Shown here: piece after piece, positions 11,750 through 24,172 of the stretch | Numbering within the stretch: the stretch's first letter is position 1 | How the letters are laid out: every line of letters begins with the position of its first letter | Source: Vicugna vicugna | Lineage: Eukaryota | NCBI GenBank assembly: GCA_013265495.1 | Contig: MU058418.1 | Location: 1,886,917-1,950,916 of the forward strand | Length of the DNA stretch: 64,000 nt | Reading direction: 5' to 3' | Notes under the pieces: generated by a model | The model's database searches: none | What the model saw: only the letters and a program-made list of their open reading frames with translations | What the model was told of the DNA's origin: nothing | Program-made: the position numbers and the translations under genes

Positions 11750-14700
11750 ACCGCAGTACATGGCAGTCTTGGTGCCAAGCACTGCACAGCAATGAATTAG
11801 ACATGGTTCTTCCAGCAAGGGGTAATAGGCAATTACAGTACATTGTGATAAAGAATAAAATAAAAGTATAATAAAAGCCCCCACCAGGAAACATTCAATG
11901 TTATCTGAAGGATGAGGGAAGTGGGGATGGGGTGCTGGGCAGGCTTCAAAGAAGAGGGGACCCTTGACCTGGGTCTTGAAGGATGACTAGTGAGTGTTTC
12001 AGTTGGACAAGGAGAAGAAATTCAGTTCAAGCTGGGAGACCCACATGTGCAGTGACACAGAGATGTGAGACAGCACATGGACTTCCCAGTGTCTCCTTTC
12101 CCTGGTATGTGAGGATGAGCTGGGGGAAACAGGTGTGCAGAGTGACGGGTAAGATCCAGAAGGCTGGTGTTGGTCCTTCAACAAGCAGGGAGAAAGGGAG
12201 CAAGATGATGGTCAGTGACCATTTAGGAACTTACGAAAACTGTAGAGACAGGGGATAGTGAGTGGGTGAAATCAGCCAGTCCAGAAGCTGGATTCCATGC
12301 AGAGCTGAGCAAGGAGAAGGAAGAGGAATCTAGGAAATCACCCAAAGTCTCTCAGTTGGGTGGATAAAAAGATGGCAGTGTCACTGTTGTTTAATGGGTA
12401 TAGCTTTTCAGTTTTGGAAGATGGGAAAAAATTCTTTTCTGGAGAGAGATGATGGTGATGGTTGCACAACAGTGTGAATGTACTTAACACCACTGAACTG
12501 TGCACCTAAAAACAATTAAAATGGTAAATTTATGTTATGTGTGTTTTATCACATTTTTTTAATGGGGAAGAAAGGATGGTAATGCCATTAAGAGGAAGAG
12601 ATGTGGAGACGGAAATAGTGAAGCACAGCTCGGACGCCTCAGCTGTGAGTTTCTTCCGTGTGTCTCAGGACAAGTCTCAGGCACTTTTTATTCTGGATGT
12701 TCTCTGCACTTTCACCTACTTCTGTTCCTCCTGCTTCTATCACAGCGTCAGACTCACATGTTCATCTGCCCCTGGAATGTAAGATCCTTGAGGACAGAGG
12801 CTGTCTCCATTTCATGTCCCAGGTGTGCACCTCTGCCTTTGACCTTGCTTTGAAAGGGAGGATGGGGAGGGGGGAATGGGCCCACAGGACGTGGAGGCAG
12901 TTTCAGCCCCTTTAATTCACTGTTATGAAATAACAGACCATGTCATCATCTGCTGCTAGGAATTTGGTATGAAGCTTAAGGAAGACTTGGAATTATTGAA
13001 AAAGGAAATGGGCATGAGAGCTGATCAAAGGAAAGAAAACCGATTATCCCAGGTCTGACACAGCTCAGGCTGGAAACCATTTACTTGTTGTTGCCTCAGT
13101 ATAATTAGCAGTGTGATATCCTCCAGCTGCGCTCAGCAGGGTGTGACTAGAAGCAGAAAGCGGACGAGCTGGAGGAATCCAGAGTTGGGGTTTTGCTAGA
13201 CAGGTGGGTCATGAGTACAAAGAAGCAGAGAATTGCAGGTGCTGGTGGGAGAGTAGTTCGCGTGTTGGGCTGTGAGACACAGCATGGTGGGGGGAGGGGG
13301 TCAGAAGGGGAGTGACAGATGGAAGGGGAGGCCTGAGGGCTCAAGGACATCAAGGAGCATATTTTGTGGGGATGAAGGAGGTTTTGTGGGAGTGAATGCA
13401 TGAGAAAACTGGGAGAAAAAAAATGTTGAGCTGAGAAAGTAGGATATTCAAGTGTAAGTCTTTGGAGGTAATATGATTCCAGGTGATGACAAGGTCTGGA
13501 GTGTGGCTGAGAGTGGGCGGTGAAGGGAAATGGAGGTATAGAAAGGTGATACTAAGCAGGTCAAGAAATTGTCAGGCTGCGGAGCTGATGGGCCATCCCA
13601 AGGTGGGAGGTATCCTTGTGGGACTGAGAACCAGGCTTCGCTTTGCACTAAGCACCTTAAAGCTTTCTGCTGCCCTCTCTGCCCCTCCTCTGCAGAGGGC
13701 TGCCTGCTGCAGGCAGGAGGGAAATGGCAGGAAATAGCAGATGAGAACGAAGAGGTAGAGGTAGACAGCCCTGTGGCTCCAGAGACACATGCTTTTCAGA
13801 GGCCAAGACTGGATTCAGCCACACTGCTGCGTGCCAGCCCCATGGCCCATAAGCCCATGAGCTCAGATGTGGGCCTTGTGATGTTTTACTGTTGATATTC
13901 AAAGTTTCCTCAGGGCACCTTCAAACACTGTAAACTGAATAATAGAGATAAGATGGGTTTAAGCTGGTTTTGATCTGGTCCAGGACAGCATAGTCTGACT
14001 TTGTGGTTGCTGAAAAAAGGGAAGTTCTCCAAACTAACACCATACTTTGTTCCTGAGCTCCAAATTACCTAATTAAAACCCTGAGACTTGAAACAGGTAG
14101 GTTTAAGGCCATTGATTGACTTCAAGTAGAGTTTTAGTAATTTTAGGTTTCATATTCAGAATGTTTGATATGGAAAACAGTCAGCCCTCAGTTAAAATGA
14201 ATTACATTTTACTTTAAGAAGTAGAAAAGTTCATCTGAATCTCTCCTAAGGACTCAGAAATAATGACAGTCAAAAAAATTCCCCTATGATTTCCAAAAAT
14301 GCCCCCTAGACAGTGAGACCCTCCCATTGAGAGTCCTTGCTATATATACACAACGGAGTGGGAATGGAAACTGGGTACCAGAGAGTAATGGGATCAGTAG
14401 GACCTGAGGAGTGAAGAAGGAAGCATTTAAAAATGACTCCCCAGTATCTGGTTTTGAGGACTTGGGGGTTGTGGTTCTTTTCACACAGGAGGAAGCCCAG
14501 GATTGGGGTGGGAGGGAATGAAGAGTTCAGTTCTTGCCTTTTTTAAGTGAGGTGGTCTGAGGCACTGCCAGCCAGGATGGAGCTGTGGAGGGACCAGGCA
14601 TATGGATTTGAATTCAGGAGGCATGGATGGCAATTGCAGCCAGAGAATGAACACAATTGCCCAGGACCAGGAGGAGAGCGGGAAGAGCAGAGCTGAGTGG
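11750..14700 (-). mobile_element. Fragmented ancient L2 remnant, interrupted by other repeats
   Basis: L2-type motifs (gggtcttgaaggatgactagtgag, gaggcactgccagccaggatggagctg). Near 13120-13140 the minus strand encodes AAERSWR, resembling L2 ORF2. Confidence 0.45.
12385..12560 (+). mobile_element. L1MA/MB-type 3' end
   Basis: tttaatgggtatagcttttcagttttggaagatg...ggtgatggttgcacaacagtgtgaatgtacttaacaccactgaactgt...aaaatggtaaattt. Confidence 0.85.
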
Positions 14701-15019
14701 ACCTGGGGTGCCCTGGGCTGGGGATGGTGGTGGGGAGGGAGCTCCACTTCTGCTGCACACCTCCTTCTGCTGTTTGTGTGTCTCATCAAGCCTGCCTGAT
14801 CTAGCATAACCGAGACAGGTGTGAGGTGGCACTAGTCTCTGGCTTCCCTCATAACTCTCAGTTCTAGGACATCTCCTCATTAGCCTGTTCAGGTCCCCGC
14901 TTCTTAACGAATGACTCTGAGAGTTCCTGCATGCCTCTCGACTGGACCACATGCATGCCTTGGCCCCCACCCCCGGCCACTTTCCAGGCACCCACACCTT
15001 AGCATCATAATACCAAACT

Positions 15020-15250
15020 TTATATAGCACCTCACAATGTATAAAACGCTTTTCACATGCTGGGTACTCTTTTTAAAAATTATTCCTAACACCAGTCTTG
15101 TTAGTTAGGAATAATTATTCCCATTTTATGGATGAAAAGACTCAAAGAGGATAATTCGTCTGTGCCTACACAGCACACAGCTGTGGATGATGGAAGTTGG
15201 TCCCCAGATCTAGTCCTCTGATGCCGGATTCCACACCTGTTAACTGAATA
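15020..15250 (-). mobile_element. MIR SINE
   Basis: attattcccattttatggatgaaaagactcaaagagg...cacacagctgtggatgatggaag. Confidence 0.65.
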
Positions 15251-15764
15251 TATCACCATTTTCCACAGTAGATGAACACAGTTAATTAGACTCGAAGGCA
15301 CTGAATCCATTCAAATAGGAAACAGTCCTGCAACCTCCACCCTCTGTTACAGTGGGCTGCCTCTATAGATAATGTAGAAACCAGATCAGGCTGCCACCTC
15401 CCTCCAGGGACACATGTAGTAGAAAGAGCTTCCATGTGTATGAAGGTCAAAAACAGGTAAACCAACAAAATATTCTTTTAATGGTGTATCCATTTGTGGT
15501 AAAACTCCAAAGGAAAGCTAACATTGATTAGTGTGAAATTCAGAATGATGGTTCCTCTGGGGGCCACCAGGGAGATGCACATGAGGCTTCAAAGGACCTG
15601 GTGACATTCTATTTCCCAGGCCAGGGAGTGGGTACCTGGGCTTGTGTGAATCCTTAAACCAGACATACATGGATTATGTGTTTGTATATAAACCTGCAAC
15701 AGAGATAGCGATGCTGCTGCCTAAGAAATGATAAAGTATTTGGAGGAGAAAGAAAGGAGAAAGA

Positions 15765-15860
15765 GGGGGAAGATATAGCTCAGTGGTAGAGCACGTGCTT
15801 AGTGTGCATGGGGTCCTGGGTTCAATTCTCAGTACCTCCATTAAAAATAAAAAATAAAAG
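15765..15860 (+). mobile_element. Vic-1-type camelid tRNA-derived SINE
   Basis: gggggaagatatagctcagtggtagagc (A box)...gggttcaattctc (B box)...agtacctcc, then an A-rich tail. Confidence 0.88.
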
Positions 15861-15869
15861 GAAAGGAGA

Positions 15870-16112
15870 TCTACTATATATAAAAATAGATAAAAAACAA
15901 ATTTCTTCTGTAGAGCACAGGGAACTATATTCAATATCTTGTAATAACCTTTAATGAAAAAGAATATGAAAACAAATATATGTGTGTGTGTGTATATATA
16001 TACACATACATACATACATATGTTACTGGGACATTACACTATACACCAGAAATTTGACACATTGTAATGACTATACTTCAAAAAAATTTTAAAAATAAAA
16101 AAAATTTTAAAA
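15870..16112 (+). mobile_element. Lineage-specific L1 3'UTR with internal (TG)/(TA)/(CATA) tract and A-tail
   Basis: gcacagggaactatattcaatatcttgtaataacc...acaccagaaatttgacacattgtaatgactatacttcaaaaaa. Confidence 0.88.
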
Positions 16113-16199
16113 AGAGAAGGAGAAAGAAGGAAAAGAGGGCCAGAGTCTGGAGAACCTGGCAGGAGGCTTGGTGGAGAGGAAAGGAAAATAGAGGCTGGT

Positions 16200-16370
16200 C
16201 TGTAGAGCCTGGATTCTAGAACTGGACAGACCTGCACTTAAATCTCTACTTCATTTCTTAGGAACTGGGTCGGCAACATCTATGTAACCTCATAGGGCCT
16301 CAGTTTCCTCATCTGCAGAACAGGAAGAACAATCAAAAGATTGTCTCAAGAATTGAGTGAGAAAATGTCA
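16200..16370 (+). mobile_element. MIR SINE
   Basis: gggcctcagtttcctcatctgcagaacagg, a MIR core. Confidence 0.7.
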
Positions 16371-16702
16371 CCCCCAGTATGATGCCGGCACTTCATTCAT
16401 GCCCTCCCCTTCCTTCCTTACCACACCTTTCCCTCCCTCTATGCCCACGCCTTCCTCCCAAGACAGTGAGACTAAAACCAGCCCAACTGCTCTTCTCTTC
16501 TCCAGCTGAGCTATTTATAACCATGGCCACTTGTGAGCGGCCTGGAAAGGAGGCCCGCTGCCCTGCAGCTGAGACGCTGGGTGTCACCACACCCTGGACT
16601 CTGGCACTGCAGCTGGAGGGCCGCGGTATAAATAGTTCACACCTGGACACCTCTTTTACACAGAGAGATCTGTGCCACCCAAGCTTTCTTCTCATGCCGC
16701 AG

Positions 16703-16820
16703 GAGTTTTCAGCCCCGGCCACGATGTTTGCTGTCTGCTGATGGAAAAATCTTCCTCAATTTATGGTTCATACCCCATCCTTCTGAAGTGCTGGTTATGT
16801 TCAAAACTCTGCCAGAAAAG
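16703..16820 (+). CDS. CCDC162: CCDC162 exon (SFQPRPRCLLSADGKIFLNLWFIPHPSEVLVMFKTLPEK)
   Basis: ttcttctcatgccgcag acceptor; AAG|gtgtgt donor; 118 nt; phase 2 to 0. Confidence 0.9.
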
Positions 16821-17620
16821 GTGTGTATTTTTTACGTGTGCCAGCCTGGAAACTGGCTGTTTTTATGTCTCATGGTGAAACATATCAGTTTCAGAGAGTA
16901 TCTCTTCTTTGTTTTGTTTGTTTATTTGTTTGTATGTTTGTTTTCAGGAACATCTAATAACTGAAATCTCACAGCTCCTCATAGTTTTGCCGGCTTTATC
17001 ATCATTTCCCTTATGCCTCATTATTTCATGGTTCTACTTCTCCCTGGTAATTACTGAACACTAATTGGAGCTTCCGACATCCCTTATTAATCCTGAGTTT
17101 CCTCCCCAACCCTTTAAGAAAACCCCACCCTGATGTACTGAAGCTAAGGAGAGGCTGAGATCACATTTAATCACAGTAATTAGCTGGTTCTTTTTTTGCG
17201 GGGCTCCTCTAAGTACCTCATTTACTGAGAGAGGGTAATCATAAAAAAAGAGTAGATATAGAAATACATGAACCATTCAAGTATTAGCTAAATAAAGTGC
17301 AATGTTGAAAATGGCAATGTGGGAACATTCTGATTTTCCTTTGTAAGTGAAAACCTGTTTAGCAACTTAGGTTTCTCACCCTTTCTTTTTTTTTTCTTCC
17401 TTCCAGCTTTATTGAAGTGCAATTAGCAAATAAAATTGTATGTATTTAGAGTGTACAGCATGATGATTTGATATACATTGTGAAATGATTACCATAGTTA
17501 ATTAATACATTCATCACCTCACATAGTTACCTTTTTTTTTTTTTTGGTGGTGAGAATGCTCATCTAACTTCCGTAGCAAATTTCAAGTATACAATACAGT
17601 GTTATTAACTACAGTCACCA

Positions 17621-17776
17621 GGCGGGTAGGGTATAGCTCAGTGGGTAGAGCACATGCTTAGTTTAGCATGCACAAGGTCCTGGGTTCAATCCCCAGTACC
17701 TCCTCCAAAAATAAATAAATAAATAAACCTAATTACTTCCCTCCCCTCAAAAAACAAAAACAAAAACAAAAAAATA
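17621..17776 (+). mobile_element. Vic-1-type SINE inserted in L1, with 14-bp TSD
   Basis: gtatagctcagtgggtagagc...gggttcaatccccagtacctcc plus tail; TSD aactacagtcacca (17607-17620) / aactatagtcacca (17777-17790). Confidence 0.92.
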
Positions 17777-18951
17777 AACTATAGTCACCATGCTGTACAT
17801 TAGAGCTTCAGGACTTATTTATCTTATAAAGTTTGTACCCTTTGGTCAACATTACCCCATTTCCCCCATCTTCTGGTAACCACCTTTCTATAAGTTTGCC
17901 TTTTTTTTTTTTCGATTCCACATTTGAGGAAGATCACACGGTTTGTCTGGCTTATTTCACTTAGCATAATGTCATCCAGGCTTACCCATGTTGTTGTCAA
18001 TGGCAAGGTTTCCTTCTTTTTTATGTCTGAATAATATTCCTCTGTGTGTGTGTGTGAGAGAGAGAGAGAGGGGGACATTTATACATTTACCCATCTACTG
18101 GACACTTAGGTTGTTTCCATATCTTGCCTATTGTAATGCTGCAGTGAACATGGAAGTGCAGATAATTTCCTTGATATACTGATTTTATGTCCTTTGGGTA
18201 TATACTCAGAAGTAGGATTGCTGGATCATATGCTAGGTATATATACAAAAGAATGAAACTGGATCCCTATCTTACACCACTCACAAAAATGATTTTGAAA
18301 TAGATTAAAAACTTAATATAAGACTGGAAACTATGAACTCTTAGAGGAAACCAGGTAAAAAACTCTGACTCCTGTCTTGGCAATGATTTTTTGGATATCA
18401 ACCAAAAGCACAAGCAACAAAAGCAAAAATAACCAAATGGGACAATATCAAATTAAAAAGCTTCTGTATAGCAAAGAAAATAATCAACAAAAGGAGAAGG
18501 CAACCTACATAATGGGAGAAAATATTTGCAAACTACATATCTGATAAAGGGTAGCAATACCTCAGATATGTTAGGAACTCATATAACTCAGTAGCAAAGC
18601 CAAAACCAAACCAAACAAACTAAACACAAAGGAAAAATTAAAAAAAAAACCCAATACTTTGATTTTAAAATGAGTAAAGGACCTGAATAGACATTTTTCC
18701 TAAGGAGATATACCAATGACCAACACATAAATGAAAAGGTACTCAATGTCACTAATCATCAAGGAAATGCAAATCAAAATGTTGATGAGCTACCACCTCA
18801 CACCCCTTAGGATGACTGTTCTAAAAAAAGATGAGACAAGTGCTGGTGAGGTTGAGGAGAAAAGGGAACTCTCGTGCACTGTTGATGGGAATGTAAATTG
18901 TTGCAACCATTATGGAAAACAGTGTGCAGATTCCTCAAAAAATTAAAAATA

Positions 18952-19021
18952 TGAAAAATTGTGCTCTACACGAATTTGACACAACATTGTAAAATGATTA
19001 TAAATCAATAAAAAATGTTTA
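18952..19021 (+). mobile_element. 70-bp young L1 tail inserted in an older L1, with 15-bp TSD
   Basis: tgaaaaattgtgctctacacgaatttgacacaacattgtaaaatg...aataaaaa, flanked by aaaaaattaaaaata (18937-18951 and 19022-19036). Confidence 0.85.
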
Positions 19022-19601
19022 AAAAAATTAAAAATAGAACTACCCTTTATTTCATTGAAGAATTTTTAGGGTTTTTTCTTTAATGTAAAAATACTACCTT
19101 CTGCAGTTAATCATCGTGTTTCATTCTTCCTTTACTGAATATTGATATTTAAGATCCATTGTTTGATTTTTAGTCATGGGTTTAAACTATGTTGATAAAT
19201 ATTTATGTTTTGCTTACAGGTATTCCCTCAGGGCAATGTTGTCTGAATGTGAGTCCTGCTAGGAATTTATTTGTGACCCTTGTAATTCATTGATGGTTGG
19301 TCATATAAAAATGTTTTGATATGTTTATGGCTACCAATGGCTTTAAACAAAGAGATACACATTGCTTTTAACCTTGCCCCCTCCGCAGGAGTTATCCAAA
19401 GACAGATATAGCCTTGGTTCATGAAAATGCTTATTCTTTTTTCCAGACATTATCCTGTAATTATTATCCTTTATTATACTGTGAAAATGTTTATCTAAAT
19501 ATTCTTGTTTAAAGATATTATCCCTAATCAACGCTTATATATTTTATATGCCCCTTAGAAACTTCCTGAAATTTATTCTCTTGTATTGCTTTTACCCACA
19601 G

Positions 19602-19767
19602 GCAGCTTTTAGAGCCTTAAAGCTGACTCTACAGCTGATAGCCTCTCTCCATGACATTGTGGCCTACCTTTTCAGTTTTGCCAAACTTGGAAACTGTCCA
19701 GCATGTTTTGAATTTCCTCTAAGTCCTAACCCTCTGAGAGGTAACTGGGGAGGAACTGAGGAGATTG
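19602..19767 (+). CDS. CCDC162: CCDC162 exon (AAFRALKLTLQLIASLHDIVAYLFSFAKLGNCPACFEFPLSPNPLRGNWGGTEEI)
   Basis: ttttacccacag acceptor; TTG|gtaagt donor; 166 nt; phase 0 to 1. Confidence 0.92.
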
Positions 19768-19825
19768 GTAAGTGATTAAAGGTGATTAAAATCACCTTCA
19801 ATACTCAGTTCAATTTCTGTGAAGC

Positions 19826-19948
19826 TTTTTTTTTTGGCTTTATTGAGTTATAATTGACAAATCAAATTATAAGATATTTAAAGTGAACATCGTGATGATT
19901 TGATATACATATACATTGTGAAAGGGCTTCTTGCATCTAGTTAATTAC
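19826..19948 (-). mobile_element. Short L1 3' tail
   Basis: Poly-T followed by ggctttattgagttataattgacaaat...gatgatttgatatacatatacattgtgaaag; flanks tgaagctttt / tgaagctctt. Confidence 0.8.
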
Positions 19949-22900
19949 TATGAAGCTCTTATTACTTGGAAAGACAGGACTAAAATATTTCCTCACAAAT
20001 GACAGAAGGTCAAAGGGAAAGTCCCATTATATGCTGTCTCCAAACGGATTGGTTCCACATTTACAGGTTAAACAGAAAAATATGTCTCGTCAGAAGCTGG
20101 GGGGCCTGGGTTTTTACCCTGGCTCTGTCACTTGTTTTACCGGAAGCTGGGCACTTTCCTCTCTGGGTCTCTCTTTATCTATCTATGAAACAAGGGTGGC
20201 AATGTCTGTCTCATAGAGATGTTCTGTGGATTAAACTCTGAATATTCTAGAAGGAGGTACAAGTCCCCATTGAACAGTAGTTTGCTTTCAGTCCCTTCCT
20301 CTCCTGGCCTTTGTGTACTAATGTGGCAAGGTCAGGGCTGTGCATTCACCACCAAGGAGCTTGAAGCTAGCCCTCGGTTGGCTAACAGTGCCCCAGTGGT
20401 CCTGTTAGTAAGAACATCTGAAGCTTTAGTTTCATCTGCCCAGTGCTAATCCATGAACTCAACTCAGCGCAAGTTCTCAGATCAATGCATGAGGTAAATT
20501 AAGGACACTGAAATGCTTAGGAAGCTGGGATTATCAGAAGCAGGGAAACTGATCTTATTATTTTAAAAATTTGACTCCCATCCAAATTATGTCGTTAGTC
20601 ATGTAAGTATTAATCAACTAACAGCAATATATTATGACACAGTAAACGATTTTCAAGGATATGAAGAGCCAAAAAATGAGGTGATGTGCCTATTTAAACC
20701 TACCAGTCTTAAACCAAATGCGACAGAACTGAATCTATTCCTCTCTGGCCAGTGCATCAAGGAAATGTTTGTGGGAGACTCTGACTTGTTTGCCAGTAGA
20801 TTTGCATTGTGGTAACGAACAGTGAACATTCAGATGGGAGATGCAGGGAAGGTATGAGTGGTGATCTGGGAAGAAGATTGATGCCTGTATCTGAGGAGAG
20901 GCAGCATAAAGAAAGGGTTGATGCTGATTACAGAAGTTCCAAAGCACTCTTAAATCCTTTCCTTTTTGCTATTTGGGCACTGTTGTAAAAGGGGTTTACT
21001 TAGGAAATAAACTAAGATGCTCTCAGGGGAGCTGATATTGGGAGGGTGTGGGGCTGGGCTTTAGGTAAAGGACAGGAGAAAGGAGGTGGGGCCAGGAAAG
21101 GGAGACAGGGAGACAAGCGTTATATGGAGATGAGATATAGAAGCCGAGATAGAGCAGAGCCAGGTTTCCAGAAGAAGTCGCTGCACAGGAAGTCCTATAG
21201 CCCCTGGGAGGGAAAAGCCCACACAGAAGGTGATCTGGGGGGACTTACCTTCCCTTGAATCGATGGAGGACAATAGGGATGGTCCTGGTAGGATAAGAAC
21301 AGGATACTGGCAAAGGTAACAGGCAGAACTGCACGTGACCAGTCCAGAGAATAAGGAACCCACCAGTGGGACACTGAGAGATAGTGGCAAATGAGGCCCA
21401 ATTGTTGCGGACCTAGAATTCAGGATGAAGGAAATTGGTTTCTTACTATTTATAGGCTTATGGACCGGAAACCACTGAAATACGTGGCCCAGGCTGTGCA
21501 AGGTGTGCAATTAGAGACACATACCTTGTCATGTTGCCAGTAAGAACGTCTGTGCTGCAGGGAGAATGTGCAAAGGTTTGCATACTCTGCTTTGCTGAAA
21601 ATAGGTAAAGAGAAAACAGAACTAAAAAAATAATCCCCGTCCGAGATAATCATCTTTTGAAAAAGGCTAGGCTGCTCAGTCCCTGGCCTGCTTCCCAGAG
21701 GCGGCAAGGAGAATGAAGGTGAAAAGATGAGCTGGGTCTGTTCATGTACCCACCCAACTCCTTTTAGCCATTTCAGAGCTGTTGGGAATTAGATAAAATG
21801 ATTTTTATATGCTTTAACATATTTTCTAAAGAGTCACTTCCAATTTTGGCTGTACTCCTCCTGCTTGACTGAGGAAGCAGCTCTTAGACACCGTGGATGC
21901 TGTCAAACCCTCTCCTTTCCTGAAAGCCAGCAACAACCTGGGGGAAGCAGGGGATGTAATTAGAATGTGGGCATTTGCACTGTGATTTCCCTGTAAAGGA
22001 TTAGGAGGGCAGTTCAAACCTGATACGACCCACTGAGCGTAGGGTTTCAGGACCAAAATGTACCAGCTTTGAGGATTCACACGGAGGCAGGGCCCCCTGT
22101 GATTCCTCTCTCTCTGTCTGATTTCCCAAACGGAAGCCTCATGGGGAAAGGCCCAAGAAAAGGCCAGTTTGTTTCCTGGTGTTGCCTGGTGCAGGGTCTG
22201 CCCCCAGCACCCCCACCACAGCCACGTGGCAACCATCCTCACAGACAGGCTGCCTTCCCTGCCTGTGCCCACCACCTCCCCTTCCACTGGGCAGTGTGAC
22301 CCCGCAAGGGCGGGAGGCCTGACCGAGGAGTATTATGAGTAAGTACAAAGCAAGGAAAGGGTAGGCCCCACCTTCATGTCTGCATTTTAACGATATGTAT
22401 TTCAATTTTGCTGTGAAGTGATTGTTCAAATGTGCAAATACAGCATTATATAAACAATAATGGAACTAATGAAAAGAAAAATCACCTGTAATCCAACCAT
22501 TCTAACAAGTGAAATATTTTTATCTATTTTTACTTCCTTCTAGCCCTTGCCCTAATACATTTCACAGGGCTTTAATCACAAGATATGTGCAAACTCTGTA
22601 TTCTTTTTGCATTGTCATTGCATATAAACCTTTCCCCTGATTGCTGCCTTGTCGCCTGACAGAGTGTATTGTTCATAGACCAAGCACACTAGACCTTGAG
22701 TGAATAAGGCTCACTGACTACCCCTCCTCCTGTCCACCACAAAGTTCTTAAAGTCCTTGTTCAATTTGCTCTGTGACTCCTCTTCTGGTGAAAGTTTCTT
22801 TTCAGCCCAATATGACCATCAGATTTATAGGAGTCATAAAAATTCTGACAATTGGCCTCAATTCTTTTGTGGCTAGAAAAACACTCCAGAAACACTTTTC

Positions 22901-23632
22901 TGTTGTAAGACATCAAATGGATATGAAATCTGGACTGCTCATCTTTTCCTAAAGCCAAAAGAGTATATTGCAAGTACATGTTAACAACCATTCTCAGACC
23001 TGGTTCTGCCCTGATCAGACTCTCGTGGATGGTGTCCTTGCTCCTTCATTTCCCCTTCATTTTCCCTTCTTTCCACGCCAGAAATGTGGGAAGAGATCCA
23101 GTACCCAGGCCAGATACGGTGCAAGGCTGCTCAAGTCGGGACAAGCTGTTGATATCGAGTACCTCTGGAAATGCCTCATGGGTCTGCTATCTTACTTCTG
23201 CCTTGGGCTACATACAGGCCCAGTGACCAACTTCCACAGTCCTTCTTGTCCCATAGCAGGGATGTCCTCTCAAGTAGAAAACTATCACCCTCCTTGCAGG
23301 GAGTTAATGAGCATGACCAATCAGCTGACAATCTAGGGGTCCTGGAAGTGAGGCCCACCTACCCGCCTCACCAGTGCTCCCTAAGGGCTCGTTTCCTTGC
23401 TGTAACTCTCCCATTTTGAACAACTCATTTCCTGAATCAATAATAGAGACGCTAGTACAACCATCTAGACTCAAGCAAGTATTGAGTGCTCCAAGAGCAC
23501 TTACTTAAATTTCCATTCAAAACACATATAAATCTGTTTATATGCAGTGGGCTTTTGCAATAAGGGTCCAAGAAATAAGCCAATTGAGAATCTCTCACAC
23601 CTACTCCTAAAATCTAGAATCTCCTAGAAGGA

Positions 23633-23678
23633 TATGTGTATGTGTATGTATACATGTATGTATGTATGTATGTATGTA
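23633..23678. repeat. (TATG)n microsatellite
   Basis: Direct reading of the sequence. Confidence 0.9.
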
Positions 23679-24172
23679 TTTATACTTGCCTTAGATAGTC
23701 GAGTCTTTTTTAATTCATGAGCCATTGACAGGATGAGTCAGTGACAAGGCTGATTTCGATGGCATGGCTATGTGAAATGAGTGCTGGTTTATGATCTATA
23801 AAAATTTCAAACCCCCAATAGATCTCCTGAGGCCTATACTTTCCTGTTTCTTGTACTTTCTCTTTTTCAAGCTATGTGAAGTCTGTAGCCTTGTAAATTT
23901 TGAAACTTTCTTTCAACAGTATGTTCTTAGTCTGCTGAAAAGCAAAGCAAGTTATTACATTCCTGAGGAAGGAAGGAAGGAAAGACAAATCAGACTTCAG
24001 GTTCTAGAACATAAGGCTTTGCTGATCTTGCAAAACATAATTAGTATACTCTCAAAGAAAGGGAAGTCAATTTAGGTAAAAAGTTAGCTTTGGAGGTGAA
24101 ATGATGGTTCATAGGGCAGCTAGGGTAGCCTGTATTTCACACCGTCTAACTAAAATGTTGTCTGTCTTCTAG

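Larger units (their letters stand above)
17385..19044 (-). mobile_element. 5'-inverted L1: antisense 3' part 17385-~18232 plus an inverted ORF2 part ~18236-19044
   Basis: The minus segment starts catatgatccagcaatcc and the plus segment ends aaaatagaactacc; these abut in L1 ORF2. Flanks accctttcttt / accctttattt. Confidence 0.85.

Noticed and set aside
17621..17705. tRNA gene (also at 15765, 32400-32490 and 62590-62668)
   Set aside because: A and B boxes are present, but A-rich tails, a TSD and multiple diverged copies indicate tRNA-derived SINEs.
22968..23336. 122-aa ORF
   Set aside because: No recognisable homology, and the flanking CCDC162 exons already join in phase without it.
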